This document shows positions 1 through 13,599 of a DNA stretch of 64,000 bases, in pieces (position 1 is the stretch's first letter; every line of letters starts with the position of its first letter). Both the position numbers and the translations under genes were made by a program. The notes under the pieces are model-generated. The model made no database searches. It was not told where the DNA came from and saw only the letters and a program-made list of their open reading frames with translations. This stretch comes from Mobula hypostoma. Lineage: Eukaryota. The stretch is from the NCBI RefSeq assembly GCF_963921235.1, contig NC_086097.1, positions 113,834,001 through 113,898,000 of the forward strand, in the 5' to 3' direction.

Positions 1-1553
1 TGTGCAATAAAGGAACAGCAGTTATAATGGGTGACTTCAATCTACATGTAGACTGGGTGAACCAAATTGGTAAAGGTGCTGAGGAAGAGGATTTCTTGGA
101 ATGTATGCAGGATGGTTTTTTGAACCAACGTGTCGAGGAACCAACTAGAGAGCAGGCTATTCTGGACTGGGTTTTGAGCAATGAGGAAGGGTTAATTAGC
201 GATCTTGTCGTGAAAGGCCCCTTGGGTAAGAGTGACCATAATATGGTGGAATTCTTCATTAAGATGGAGAGTGACATAGTTAATTCAGAAACAAAGGTTC
301 TGAACTTAAAGAGGGGTAACTTTGAAGGTATGAGACGTGAATTAGCTAAGATAGACTGGCAAATGACACTTAAAGGATTAACGGTGGATATGCAATGGCA
401 AGCATTTAAAGGTTGCATGGATGAACTACAACAATTGTTCATCCCAGTTTGGCAAAAGAATAAATCAAGGAAGGTAGTGCACCCGTGGCTGACAAGAGAA
501 ATTAGGGATAGTATCAATTCCAAAGAAGAAGCATACAAATTAGCCAGAGAAAGTGGCTCACCTGAGGACTGGGAGAAATTCAGAGTTCAGCAGAGGAGGA
601 CAAAGGGCTTAATTAGGAAGGGGAAAAAAGATTATGAGAGAAAACTGGCAGGGAACATAAAAACAGACTGTAAAAGCGTTTATAGATATGTAAAAAAGAA
701 AAGACTGGTAAAGACAAATTCATGGCAGAAGCAATTTAATGTGGATAAATGTGAAGTTATCCACTTTGGTGGCAAAAATAGGAAAACAGATTATTATCTG
801 AATGGTGGTCGATTAGGAAAAGGGGAGGTGCAACGAGACCTGGGTGTCATTATACACCAGTCATTGAAAGTGGGCATGCAGGTACAGCAGGCAGTGAAAA
901 AGGCGAATGGTATGCTGGCATTTATAGCAAGAGGATTCGAGTACAGGAGCAGGGAGGTACTACTGCAGTTGTACAAGGTCTTGGTGAGACCACACCTGGA
1001 GTATTGTGTGCAGTTTTGGTCCCCTAATCTGAGGAAAGACATCCTTGCCTTAGAGGGAGTACAAAGAAGGTTCACCAGATTGATTCCTGGGATGGCAGGA
1101 CTTTCATATGAAGAAAGACTGGATGAACTGGGCTTGTACTCGTTGGAATTTAGAAGATTGAGGGGGGATCTGTTTGAAACGTATAAGATCCTAAAGGGAT
1201 TGGACAGGCTAGATGCAGGAAGATTGTTCCTGATGTTGGGGAAGTCCAGAACGAGGGACCACAGTTTGAGGATAGAGGGGAAGCCTTTTAGGACCGAGAT
1301 TAGGAAAAACTTCTTCACACAGAGAGTGGTGAATCTATGGAATTCTCTGACACAGGAAACAGTTGAGGCCAGTTCATTGGCTATATTTAAGAGGGAGTTA
1401 GATATAGCCCTTGTGGCTATGGGGGTCAGGGGGTATGGAGGGAAGGCTGGGGCGGGGTTCTGAGTTGGATGATCAGCCATGATCATAATAAATGGCGGTG
1501 CAGGCTCGAAGGGCCGAATGGCCTACTCCTGCACCTATTTCCTATGTTTCTAT
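1..1553 (+). mobile_element. CR1 LINE (ORF2 endonuclease C-terminus fused to post-RT C-terminus; RT core deleted), antisense in a CNDP2 intron
   Basis: ORF 27-1463 has APE motifs (GDFN, LDWVL, SDHN) and the CR1 C-terminal signature (LYKVLVRPHLEYCVQFWSP, RRLRGDL, FFTQRVVNLWNSL). Ends in a ctatgtttctat tail. No YADD/FADD. Confidence 0.92.
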
Positions 1554-1753
1554 TACATATCCTGTATTTATATTAGCTACTCAACCATCAGAATGCTCAA
1601 GCGTTTTTCCAACTACTCCATCAAGCTTCTGGTCAGAAGATGAAAGCGAAAACTAAATATCAAACAAGAAATGCTTTTGGTGAAATTATTGTGCCGCTCA
1701 GGCCAGACATGGAACTCTAGCAACCGTATTATGAACAAAAAAAAAAATTTCAC

Positions 1754-1916
1754 CATCTTTTTCCACCAACGTAAAGGGCTCAGAATCCCATCCATCTTCA
1801 ATTTGAGCAGGCTGAACATCCAGATGTCCATAGATGCATACGGTCTTCTTGGCTGGGTCATTGCCCAGTGTGGCCAATAGGATTGGTGGAAGCGGAATCT
1901 TTGTTCCATCAGGCAG
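1754..1916 (-). CDS. CNDP2: CNDP2 (cytosolic non-specific dipeptidase, M20 family) coding exon 3
   Basis: 163-nt exon [55 protein letters not shown] with the M20 metal-binding YGHLDVQP motif. Flanked by cag acceptor and GTGAAA donor. Confidence 0.96.
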
Positions 1917-2884
1917 CTGATTTAAAATTTTAAAAAGTACATCAAGGTCAGTGACCAATTGTGAAATTTGTTGTGGAGAGAATTGTATTTGCATATAAAA
2001 TGGTATGAACTATTGATTACATGAAATAAACTGTTGATCCATCAAATAAGGATCTAACCTGGTCCGGCACGCACAGCAACGCCTCTACTTTCTTAGAAGT
2101 TTATGAAGATTTAGCATATTATCTAAACCTTTGACAAACTTCTATAGATGTGCAGTAGAGAAAAATATTGACTAGTTGCATCTTGGCCTAGTATGGAAGC
2201 ACCAATGCCCTTGAATGGAAAAGCCTATATAGATGGATCCATCCCCACCACTGAGCACATCTACATGGAACGCTGTCATAGGAAAGCAGCATCCATCATC
2301 AAGGACCCCACCATCCAGGCCACACTCTCTTCTCAATGCTGCCAGCAGCCCCAAGACCCAACTATAGGTTCAGGAACAGTTATTACCCCTCAACCATTAG
2401 GCTCTTGAATCTGAGAAGATAAGTTCATTCAACTGCACCACTGAACTGCCCCCACAACTTATGGACTCACTTTCAAGGACTTTTTATCCCATGCTCTCAA
2501 TATTTATTGCTATTTATTATTATATCAGGCTGTACACTGTGGATGTTCTCCAATAATAAAAGGAACCACCATTTGAATCATTCGATTTCTTTCTCCTTCT
2601 TTTTGTATTTGCATTTTGTTGTATTTTGCACACTGGTTATGTGTCTGTCCTGTTGGGTGAGGTCTTTCATTGATTCTATTGTGTTTCTTGTATCACTGTG
2701 AAGGCCCGCAAGCAAATGAATTTCAGGGTTGTATATGGTGACAATAAATTTATTTGATAATAAATTTATTTTGAACTTTGAGGCAAGTGGGCTGGTCACA
2801 GCTGGGAAATCTTAACACAATATTCAACACTTTTGATAAGAAAATAAGAACATTTGAAATGATAAAGAAATTTCCAAAGCACGT

Positions 2885-3422
2885 CATAAACACAGGAGAT
2901 TCCGCAGATGCAGGAAATCCAGAGTGCCATACATAAAATGCTGTAGGAGCTCAACAGATCGAGCAACATCAATGGAGAAAAATGAAGAGCTGATGTTTCG
3001 AGCTGAGACCCTTCACCAGGACTGTGGGGGGGGGGGGGCAGCCGGAATAAGAAGGTGGGGAGAGGGAAAGGAGTACAAACGCTAGAAGATGATAGTTGAA
3101 GCCAGGTTGGTGGGGATGAAGTGAGGAGCTGGGGTGTGACAGGTGTCTGAAGAAGAAGGAATCTAATAGAAGAGGAGAGTCGACCACGGGAGAAAGGGAA
3201 GTAGGAGAGGTATCAGAGAAGAGGCAACAGGGGAGCCAGATTGGGGAATGGAAGAAGAGGGAAGGGGTAGGGGGGAAAATGATCAGAGGTTAGATAAATC
3301 AATGTTCATGCCATCAGGTGGGAGGGTGAAACCGGGGAGGGGCAAGGCAAGTAGGTGGGGGAGGGGGGATGAAGTGAGAAGGTGGGAGGCCATAGGTGGA
3401 GAGGATAAAGGGCAGAAGAAGC
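2885..3422 (-). mobile_element. Penelope-like element 3' terminal (pLTR) fragments
   Basis: Shares the end of the GIY-YIG ORF (tcaatgttcatgccatcagg), purine-rich 3' region and hammerhead-like motif with the PLE at 21470-23541. Confidence 0.75.
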
Positions 3423-3442
3423 ACATCCTCTGTAGTTCTCAC

Positions 3443-3586
3443 CGTTTGTTGCCCATTTTCAGCCAGCTCCACTGATCCACCCAGTTTTTTTATCTCCTTG
3501 CCGACCAACTCCACCATTCTTATAGTTTCGCTTCTCTTCTCTGGCAATGCAGACACGCTCTGTATTGCCACCCATTCTGCGAGGCG
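3443..3586 (-). CDS. CNDP2: CNDP2 coding exon 2
   Basis: 144-nt exon RLAEWVAIQSVSALPEKRSETIRMVELVGKEIKKLGGSVELAENGQQT. Acceptor ttccccag, donor GTGAGA. In frame with both neighbouring exons. Confidence 0.95.
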
Positions 3587-4254
3587 CTGGGGAAACAAAC
3601 TCAATTCGTTTATAAAGCTACCTTCACACTTTCACAGATCACAGAAAGACAGCATTGCACTTCAACCTGGTTTATATCGAGAGATGAAGCAGTTTATTTT
3701 TTTTTAAATACCAAAGCAGCTGCATCATGGCCTGTTATGGAAACTCCAATGCACATGGATGCAGGAGGCTTCAGAGGCTAGTGGATGGGTACAGGTCTCC
3801 CCACCATTGACAGCATCTACAAGAGGCAATCTGTCAGCAGTGTACCTCAACGTAGGAGTTACTTCCCTCCCCCCACCCCAAGCCATCGGGCTGATTCACA
3901 CCTCCACATGTTAACTTGAACCCACCCCCGCAACCACAATAAATAATTTTAAAACTTGGAGGTAGACGGTGCTGCCACTGTCTTACCAGTATTTCAGCAT
4001 CATTGTGCAAGAGGGACAATAAGTGCATACCATTTACATGATTATTTCAAATTCACATTAACCAGTCGAATGCAGTGTGAGCACAGCGGAATAAATGGAA
4101 AACAACTACCAAGCATTCTATTCGGTAGTTACTGTAATACAGGACATTAAAGTACTAAAAATTTAAGCAATGCCACTTATTAAGATTCAAGTAAGCCTAT
4201 ATTTGTATTTGGCTGGAACTGCATGACTGCTAACTGAATTATCAAAAAGAAGGA

Positions 4255-5800
4255 AATTCCTCATCCTGACAGCAGATGCGGCGGAGTCAAAGGAATTGAG
4301 AGAAGGGGATGGCGTTTTTACAAGTACAATGGGAAGGGTTATAGTCCAGGTAGTTGTCTATGTTTATAATAGACATCAGTCGATAAGCTGTCTCTAGAGA
4401 TACAGCCAGAGAGATCGAGAAAGGGGAGGGAAGTATCAGAAATGGACCAGGTAAATTTGAGGGCAGGGTGGAAGTTGGAGGCAAAGTTGATGAAGTCGAT
4501 GAGCTTGGCATAGGTGTAGAAAGCAGCACCAATGCAGTCGTCGATGTAGTGTAGGAAAAGTGGGGGTAACGCCAGTGACGGGTTGGAGCATAGATTCTTC
4601 CACTTTGCCGATAAAAGGGCAGGTATAGCTGAGGCCCAAGCGAGTACCCATGGCTACACCTTTTGTTTGAAGGAAGTGGGAGGAGCCAAAGGAAGAATTA
4701 TTTAGAGTGAGGACTAGGTGGATCAGAGTGGTGGTGGAGGGGAACTGGTTGGGTCTGGTGTCCAGAAAGAAATGGAGAGCTTTGAGGCCTTCCTGGTGGA
4801 GGATGGAGGTGTATAGCAACTGGCCATCCATGGTGAAAATAAGATGATCGGGGCCAGGGGACTTGAAATCATTGGAAATATCAAGAGCATATGAAGTGTC
4901 ATAGATGTAGGTTGGAAGGGACTGAACCAGGGGGGATAAAACTGAGTCGAGGTACGCCGATAAGTTCAGTGGGCAGGAACAAGCTGAAATAAAGGGTCTA
5001 CCTGGAAAGGCAGGTTTGTGGATCTTGGGTGGGAGGTTGAAACAGGAGGTGCTGGGTGCAGGAAGTATGAGATGGGTGGCAGTGGATGGGAGATCCCCAG
5101 AGTTAATAAGGGAGGTGATGGCATGGAAGACAATGGCCTGGTGTTCTTTAGTGGGGTTCTGTTCAAAGGGTAAGTAAGAGGAGGTGTCTGAGAGTTGTTG
5201 CCGGGTTTCCACAAGGTAGAGGTCAGTATGACAGACTACTACAGCACCCTCCTTATCTACGGGTTTGATGGCGAGGTTAGGACTGGTGTGGAGGGGATGG
5301 ACAGCAGTGCGTTCGGAAGGAGTGAGATTAGAAATGGAGAGAGGAGTGAAGTCGAGATGGTTGATGTCCCGTCGGCAGCTGGCAATGAAAAGATCCAGAG
5401 CAGGCAGAAGACCAGAGCAGGGTGTCTAGGAAGAGGAGGAGGGTTGAAGATGGGAGAAGGGGTCATTGGTGCTGGGTGAGGAGTCCTTACCAAAGAAGTA
5501 GGCACGGAGACAGAGGCAGCGGAAGAAGAGCTCAGCGTGACAGCAGGCACGGAACTCACTGAGGTGTAGTCGCAGGGGGACAAAGGTGAGGCCTTTACTG
5601 AGGACAGAACGTTCTGCCTCAGAGAGGGGGAAGGTCGAAGGGAATTGTGAAGACCCGGCATGGATGAGAGCCAGAATCAGAGGGGGGGAAGGAGGTTGGT
5701 AATGTCTGAGGAGGCAGTGGATTGGGGTGTTCAGGGAAGGTGGGGTGAGAGGAAGATGGAGGAAGATTGGAGACAGTATTTTAGAACCACTTCCTTAAAC
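4255..5800 (-). mobile_element. Degenerate Penelope-like element (RT region)
   Basis: ORF 4436-5212 has PKIHKP..PGRP, LYTSI and QTKGVAMGT PLE RT motifs, with frameshifts. Confidence 0.85.
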
Positions 5801-6666
5801 TGCCCTGATGCATCATACCGCTTTCATGTAGAACTTTCACTAAAACGCAATGTTATGTAGAAAGACAATAATTAAAAGGAATGCTTACTAAATATACTGG
5901 AAAGATCTGCAAATATTTGCCAACTATGCTGACTTAGGGTATGTGGAAAATAATTTCCTTTTAAATTTGAAACCAAATTTGAGCTGAGAGCTAAGTTCAA
6001 ATAAGAGTTTGTGTCTGATCACAGACTTCAAGATTTCTTCACTTTGGAAAATCCTTTCTTCAATGACACCTTCTAAACTTCTAATATTTTACTCACAATG
6101 GGCAGCTATAATGAAGAAAACAAATATAGGCCCCAGCTCCATCAATTATGTAGTAACACACTCCACAGATACAATGCCAAAGAATTTGCCTTGCTACTTC
6201 CAGATTATAGTCTCAGCTGCAGAGGCTGTTTTAAGGATTACTTTGTTATATCTGTCAGAGCCCTCAATAGGAACTAGCAACAAAGCCAATCCTCTATCTA
6301 CCCCACCTCCTTAATCAGTATTATATACATACCTCTTCTGCAATATCAATCACTATGCTGCTTGCCACAGACAGTCTCCCTTCTTAAAATAACACTTGGA
6401 TACATGAGGAGCTGATACATTTAAAAACAGATTACTGCTGTGGAACTGCACTCTACTTACAGTAATCTGTTTCTCAGAAAGGGGTCTTCATTAAACATAA
6501 CACTGAACAATACAGGCAAGTTCAAGTGATTAACACTAAAAAAAATCCTGTGGATATGATCTTGCCTCATTATTAACAGGGAAAAATGATTAGAGCACGG
6601 TAAAAGAAAAGCAGTTACCTACCAGTGGATTAACAGTTACAAAATGCAGGAACAGCAAACACTTAC

Positions 6667-6726
6667 TGTTACATACAAATCTTGATTGTCATCTATGTAC
6701 TTGAAAAGCTTTGGCAGATATGCCAT
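6667..6726 (-). CDS. CNDP2: CNDP2 first coding exon (start codon)
   Basis: Manual translation gives MAYLPKLFKYIDDNQDLYVT then a GTAAGT donor. Matches the CNDP2 N-terminus (LFKYIDENQD). 60 nt, phase 0; too short for the ORF track. Likely acceptor ctgctttcag at ~6757. Confidence 0.93.
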
Positions 6727-7214
6727 TATCCTGGTGAGCAGACTTCAGTAGCGGTTCTGAAAGCAGAACGAGTTGTGCTGAGTAATGCTTTGAACTTTGC
6801 AAACGTTTGCTTTATAAAGGGCCTGGAAGTCTCGAAACTCCACCCTTCAAATACTACAGGTTCTCCAAGCAATCACCAAATGTACTCAACTAATTAACCC
6901 TTTGTAACTATTGCTCAGCAACCGTTAAAATTTAATATCATATCCCACGTTCTGAAAAAAGCTCAAGGACTAGAGGCAGCCTTTGTACAGTGGTGGAACA
7001 AGGTTCCACAGACCATCTTTCTGACCCACAAGCCAGCATTGAATGGTCTAGGAGTGGGGGCCCATAATTTTCTGGTGTTGGGTAGTCTGTGCCATTCCTC
7101 CAAAGGAAGCAAGGGGCAATGGCAGCAGACAACTGTGGCCATAAATCCCATACATTTTTACTCAACAGACCCAGACATCCCACCTTGCAAAAACTCATTT
7201 CAGGGAGGTGCATA

Positions 7215-7519
7215 TCTATCTCTCTCTCTCCAACGGCACAATAGCGATTACTGCGAACTGTACTAAGCTGAACTGAACTCTGCGTCACTTGAGACTGATT
7301 ATTTTACCCCTAGACTGCGATAGAGCTTGATTGATTTCTATTATCCTAGTTCTGTGTACGTGTGTTTTATCATTGCTAACCTGTTGCATTTATATCCTTA
7401 CGATTATTGTACTGTGTTGCTTATTTCCGTAATAAAACTTTAAAGTTTCTGTTAACCAGACTCTAACTAAGTGGTCTATTTCTGCTGGTCTGGCAACCCA
7501 GTTAACGGGGTACGTAACA
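7215..7519 (+). mobile_element. Partial LTR related to the Gmr1-like element at 30482
   Basis: Shares gattactgcgaactg, acccctagac..gatagagcttgattga and the terminus ggcaacccagtta.cggggtacgtaaca. Confidence 0.8.
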
Positions 7520-7789
7520 CATGTAATAATTTATTTGTGGCAATATTACTTTATTTGTTGTGTGTGAGTTCTACATACTGTGTTGTGCAAAGGAACGTTC
7601 TTTCCTTTGGTGGTATACATGTATATGCTTGAAATATCAATAAACTTGAACTTGAACATACCAAACAGACTACACCTGGGCGTAACCATGATCAATGCCC
7701 CAGGGCATTATTTGCTAGTGCTGTTCAGAAGGGAACCCAAGCAGCAAAATAGAGGGACGCAATGCAGAGACAAAAGCTAATGCTAGAAA

Positions 7790-9850
7790 AGAGAAAAGCA
7801 AGAATGGAGTACAGAAATATCAAGTGTAAAGGACACAGGGGTTACTAGATTCTGAAAGGACAATAAGTATAAGGGAACCTCATCTGAAACAAGGTCAGTG
7901 AATGTATGGCACAAATCAGTACAAAGGGTTAAGATTTAGTAGTCACTACAGAAACATGGTGGGAGGGTGGAGATGATTGGAAATTAAGAATCCAAGGGTA
8001 TCAGGTAATACTGAAGGACAGGCAGACAGATAGGGAGATGGGGTGGTGCCCTTAATTAAGGATAAGATCAGGACGATATTGAGAGACGATATAAGGGTTA
8101 AAGAACAAAATGTTGACTCTATCTCGGTAGAGTTTAGGAATATAGAAGGAAAATAAAATCATTGGTGGGAGTTGTCTACAGGCAACTGAATACTGTAATA
8201 ACATTACAAAGGTACAGACAATAAACCAAGAAATATCTGATTCATGTAAGACTAGAAATGCAATTGTCATGGGGAACTTCAATTTGCACGTATATAGATT
8301 GGGCAAATTATGTTGATTGAGGCAGACCTGAGGAGGACTTCATAGAATGCATCCATGATAGTCTTCTTGAACAGCATGTCAGTGAACCTATAAGTGAAAA
8401 TGCTATCCTAGATCTAGTCTTTTGCAATGAGAAAGACAAAATTAATGATCTTGTAGTTAGGGATCCGCTTGGAAAGAGTGATCACAGTATGAGTGAATTT
8501 CTGATACAAATGAAGGGTGCAATAGTTTAATCTCTATGCCTAAATAAGGGAGACTACAATAGGATGGCGGGGGTGGCGGCAGGGGTGTTGCCAGTATAGA
8601 CGAAGAACACAATTTTTATGGTGGGCCTGCTGAGGAACAATGGCAGACTTTCAAAAGAGCTTTCACAGTGTTTAATAGTATATTCCAGTTAAAGGCAAGA
8701 AACAGTAAGGGTAAAGCAGCCTTGGATAACTAAGGAATTAATAGGCAACATGAAACTAAAAGCTCATGCGTACTAAGTCAACAAGAGTAGTGGGAAACTG
8801 AAAGATTGGGAAAACTTTAAAAACAAAGAACCACTAAGTGAGCAATAAGGAAAGGGAATATAGATTATGAAAGTAAACTAGCAAAATAGATAGTAAAAGA
8901 TTTTATAACTATATGAAGTTGAAAAGGGTGGCCAAAGTAAGTGTACAGTATGTCTCTTGGAAGATGAGAAGGGAGAATTAATATTGAGTAATGTGGAAAT
9001 GGCCAAGGCCTTGAACAACTATTTTGTGCTGACCTTCACAGTGGAGGACACATCTAAAATGTCAAAGAGAGATGTTATAGATACAATGGAAGGTGAGGAC
9101 CTCGAAACAATTGTTGTCACTGAAGAGGTATTGATGAGAAAACTAGTGGACCTAAAGGTAGACTAGTCCCTGGTCCTGATAGATCCCCGGATACTGAACA
9201 AAATGGCAGAAGTTATAGGAGACACAGTTGTGATAATTCACCAACTTTGGGCAGGTCCCGGTGGGTTAGAAGACAGCGAATGTCACACCGCTGTTTAAAA
9301 AAGGATGTAGGTGAAAGGTGGGTAGCTATACTGAGTTAGCATAATGCCTGTAGTCAGGAAAATGCTTGAAGCAACCATTAAGGAAGAAACAGTGAGCCAC
9401 CTGGATAGAAGTGGTTTTATCAGAGACACAGGATGGATTAAGGAAGGGCAGATCTTGTTTGACAACATTTCTGGAGGTCCTTGAGGATATAATGAGTGCA
9501 ATGGATAGAGAAGAACAGGTAGATGTTGTATACTTAGATTTCCAGAAAGCATTTAATAAGGTGCCATATAAAAGGCTTTCCATAAGCATGCATGGAGATA
9601 GGGGTAATGTATCAGAATTGCTAGGAATGGTCAACCAATAGAGAGCAGAGTGTTGAGATAAATGGGCGTTTCTCTGGTTAGCAATCAGTGGTGAGCGGAG
9701 TGCTGCAGGGGTCGGTGCTGGCCACACGACTGTTCATTAACAATTTGGAAGAGGGGACCAAGTGCAGAGTATCTAAGTTTTCTGATGACACTAAACTCAG
9801 TGGAATGCAAACTGTGAAGGGGATCCAGATAGTTTGCAGAGAGATGTAAC
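7790..9850 (+). mobile_element. Old degenerate CR1 LINE
   Basis: Remnants of endonuclease and RT (GRSCLT..LE, VDVVYLDFQKAFNKVP) with many stops. Confidence 0.85.
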
Positions 9851-10430
9851 TGAAGAATATTTCATTACTCTCCGAAGGTGGAAAGGTTGCAGGGTGTCAG
9901 AAGACATCTCTGACTTGCTCTTGTAGCTATAGTATACATGTGGCTAATTCAGTCCAGTTTCTGGTCCACAGCACAGAAACAGGCCCTTTGGCCCCTCTAG
10001 TCCATGTCAAACTGTTATTCTGCCTCATCCCATTGACCTGCACTTGGACCATGACCCTTCCTACTCCTCCTACCCGTGTTCTTACCCAAATTTCTCTTAA
10101 ATGCTGAAATGGAACCCACATTCACTACTTCTGCTGGCAGCTCGTTCTACACTCATACCACTCTGAGTGAAGAAGTTCCTCCTCAAGTTCCCCTTAAATA
10201 TTTCACCCTTCACCCTTAACCTGTGACTTCTAGTTCTAGTCCTACCCAACCTCAGAAGAAAAAGCCTGCTTGCAGTTATCCTATCTATACCCCTGCATGA
10301 TGACATCTCTAACCCTGTAGTACATTGCTAGTGGGACACAACAGTGATAATCCAAGTGAGCGGAGAAGCTACATGGTCATGTAATTATTTTTACTAAAAT
10401 TATCACCACCTGATACTTGTGTGGCACATA

Positions 10431-10957
10431 CACTCAGTGACCACTTTATGAGGTACACCTCGGAACCCGGTGTGGTCTTCAGCTGCTGTAGCCCAACCAC
10501 TTCAAGGTTCCACATGTTGTGCATTCAACGATACACTGAAGTACAGCACTGCTGTTAATGCATGGTTATTTGAGTTACTGTCGCCTTCCTGTCAGCTTAA
10601 ACCAGTCTGGCCGTTCTCATTGGGCGTCTTTTACTTTTTGAACCATTCTCTGTGAACTCTAGAGACTGCTGTGTGTGAAAATCCCAGATCACCAGACGCA
10701 TAGCAATACTTGTGGGCCACTCCCAGCACATCACATATTGTGTTCCTTATTGATGCAAAGCACATCTGGCACCAACAATGACTCCACAGTTAAAGTCACT
10801 TAGATCACATTTCTTCCCCATTCTGATCAACAACTGAACCTCTTGGCCACGTCTGCATGCTTTAATGCATTGAGTTGATTGCCACATGATTGGCTAACTA
10901 GATATTTGCATTAATGAGCAGGTGTACAGGTGTACCTTATAAAGTGGCCACTAAGTG
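10431..10957. mobile_element. Tc1/mariner-type MITE
   Basis: TIRs cactcagtgaccacttta...taaagtggccactaagtg preceded by TA. Same family as 61770-62313. Confidence 0.75.
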
Positions 10958-11254
10958 TTAAGATACATTAGATAGATCCTTTATTGATCCCAAAGAAATA
11001 AAGTATCTATCTATCTAACCGCTCTTTCTTAGCCCCTGCATTCAGGCATGGACTGTTTCACTTTAAGGAGTTTATCACTAGAACAGAGGCATTGCTGAAT
11101 CACTGGCCACCAGAAGAGCTTTATTTGTCACTAGACTGTACCTCAAAACATATAGTAATATGTGTTGTTTTGTGTCATTGAGCAACACAATATGTGATGT
11201 GCCGGGAGTGGCGCACAAGTATTGCTATGCTTCTGTCACAAACATTGCATGCCT

Positions 11255-11415
11255 ACACGTACGTCTTTGGAATATGGGAGGAAACCGAAGCAGCCAGAGG
11301 AAACCCACACGGTCATGGGAAGAACATGCTAAATCCTTAGTCAGTGGCAGGAAATGAACCCTGATCCCCCAGCCAACACTGTAAAGCGTTGCAATAACCA
11401 CAATGCTACCATGTC
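11255..11415 (-). mobile_element. tRNA-derived V-domain SINE fragment
   Basis: Minus strand gtgtgggtttcctctggctgcttcggtttcctccca (V-domain-like) behind a tRNA-like head. Confidence 0.6.
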
Positions 11416-11754
11416 TTTTGACATCCACATCACCTGACGACGGGTAGCATCTGGAGATTCCCCTCAGTAACTTCCATGCACGATGGACTTCTAATAACTG
11501 CTAACATCTTTTACGCAAGATATCACTTCCGCCAATGGAATGCTTTCCCCTTAATTGCTTATTTCTTCAATTTCAACTAGGTTCCTTGATACCACAAATT
11601 TTCAAATGTTGTCTAAGATTGAGGTATCCTTACCTCGAGGAATTAGTTCCTGGTGAAACCCAACACCAAGTTATTGGGAGGCAAGTACCATTTGACAGTG
11701 CAGTTGGCAACACCTCCTCTTCCTTGGCTAACAATTGAGGGTAGACGTGATGGT

Positions 11755-13362
11755 AAACACAAGAGTCCGGGGATGCTGGAAATCCAGACTAAAACACAAA
11801 TGCCGGAAGACTCGGTAGGTCAGGCACCTTCTATGGAGAGGAATAAGCAGTTGACATCTTGGGCTGAGTCCCTTCATTAGGAAAGAAAAGAAGGGGGAAA
11901 CATTGGCCCTGTTTTCCAAGCTCCCGCAGAGCTCATCAATTTCATGAACTTCACTACCAACTTCCACCAAGCCCTGAAATTCACTTGGTCCATCTCTGAC
12001 ACCTCTCTCCCCTTTCTTCATCTCTGCCTCCATCTTGGGAGATATCTTCCACAACCCCACTACTCCCGCAGTTACCCTGACAACACCTCACCCACCCTGT
12101 CATTTGCATGGATGCTATTTCCTTCTCTCAGATCCTCTGCTTTTTCACATGATGTCCATTCCAGGACACCCAAGACATCCTTCTTTTTCAAAAGCAGTCC
12201 CACTGCTGTCGATGCATCCTCAACTACATCTCTTCTATTTCCTGATTATTCGGCCGCCCCCCCGATACATAAAAGTGATAGAGCCCCCCTTGTCCTCACT
12301 TAACACCCACAAGCCTACATATCCAACATATCATTCTCCACAATTTCCACCATCTTCAGCATGATCCAACCACTAGGCACATCTTACTGCTTTTCCCAGC
12401 AAGTGCTCTCTCCATGACGCCCTTATTCACCCATCCCTCCTTTTGAACCCTCTCCAGACATTCATCCCTCCGGCTGTGCAAAGGGTAAAACGTGCCCCTA
12501 CACCTACTCCCTCGCTACCATTCAGGATCCCATGCAATCCTTCGAGGTGAGGCAGTCCTTCACTTGTCAATCTACTGTATTCCGTGCTCCCACTGCAGCC
12601 TCATCAATGAGATCTGATGGAGATGGTGGAACAGCTCCATCCAGCGCCCAGCTCTGTCTGCCAAGAGAGCCAGGATCTCCCAGTGGCCAGCCATTTTAAT
12701 TCCACGTCCCATTCTCACACTGATGAATCTGTCCATGGCCTCTACTGCCAAGTTGCGGCCAGATACAAATTAGAGGAACAACACCTCATATTCTGCTCTT
12801 GTAATCTCCAACCTAACAAAATGAATGTCGATTTCTCCAACTTCCAGCAACCTCTCTCCACCCCACACCACCCCCCATCTCCCTTTTGTATTTCCATTCC
12901 TATTAGCCCCCACACACCTTCTTATTCCCCTCCCCAGCCCTCTTGATCAACCCATCAACCACTCTTTCATCCCTCTGGTTCACCTTGGGACCTCTTTCCC
13001 TTTATTTCATGCCCACTGTCTTCTCCCATCACATTCCATCTTCTCCAGATCTTTGTCAATATACATCTATCACCTTCCTGCTTCTTACATCATTTTCCAA
13101 TACAAGTGCACCCCTCCCCACTGCCTACCTTCCCCCTCTGATTTGTATTCACTTTATCACCTGGCAGCTCTTGCTCCACCCCTCCCTCCTCCCCCATAAT
13201 TTTACACTGGCTTCCTCCCTTTTCTTTCCAGTCCTGAGGAAGGGTCTTGAAACAAAACATCGACCAATCATTTCTCTCCATAGATGCTGCCTGGCCTTCT
13301 GAGTTTCTTCAGGACTTCAAGCATTGCTCTAGGCTTCCAGCATCTGCAGTCTCTCGTGTCTC
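11755..13362 (+). mobile_element. 5'-truncated Penelope-like element with an inverted pLTR at its 5' end
   Basis: 11755-11900 is antisense pLTR. 11920-12850 has RT/GIY-YIG remnants (NFHQALKFTWSIS, PVASHFNS, LEEQHLIF). Sense pLTR runs to 13362. Confidence 0.85.
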
Positions 13363-13599
13363 CAATAAAGTTATTACATTAATAGATTGCAAGGTCTAAT
13401 GTTCTTTTCTTTATTGGTTTAACACTGGGCAGAGCTAGACAGACTCTATCCTTTATCTAAATAACAGACTACCTTAGATAACGCAACACTGTAAAAAGTA
13501 GCAGCACAAAGGTAAAAATCCACTAGCCTACATGGATGAAGGTGAACTTTACTCTTTGGAATAGCGATTTCAGTGCTATAATTTTAGATATAAAAACAA

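Noticed and set aside
794..1486. 230-aa antisense ORF (and similar at 54675-55247, 58078-58524)
   Set aside because: Antisense shadow of CR1 ORF2; recurs in every copy.
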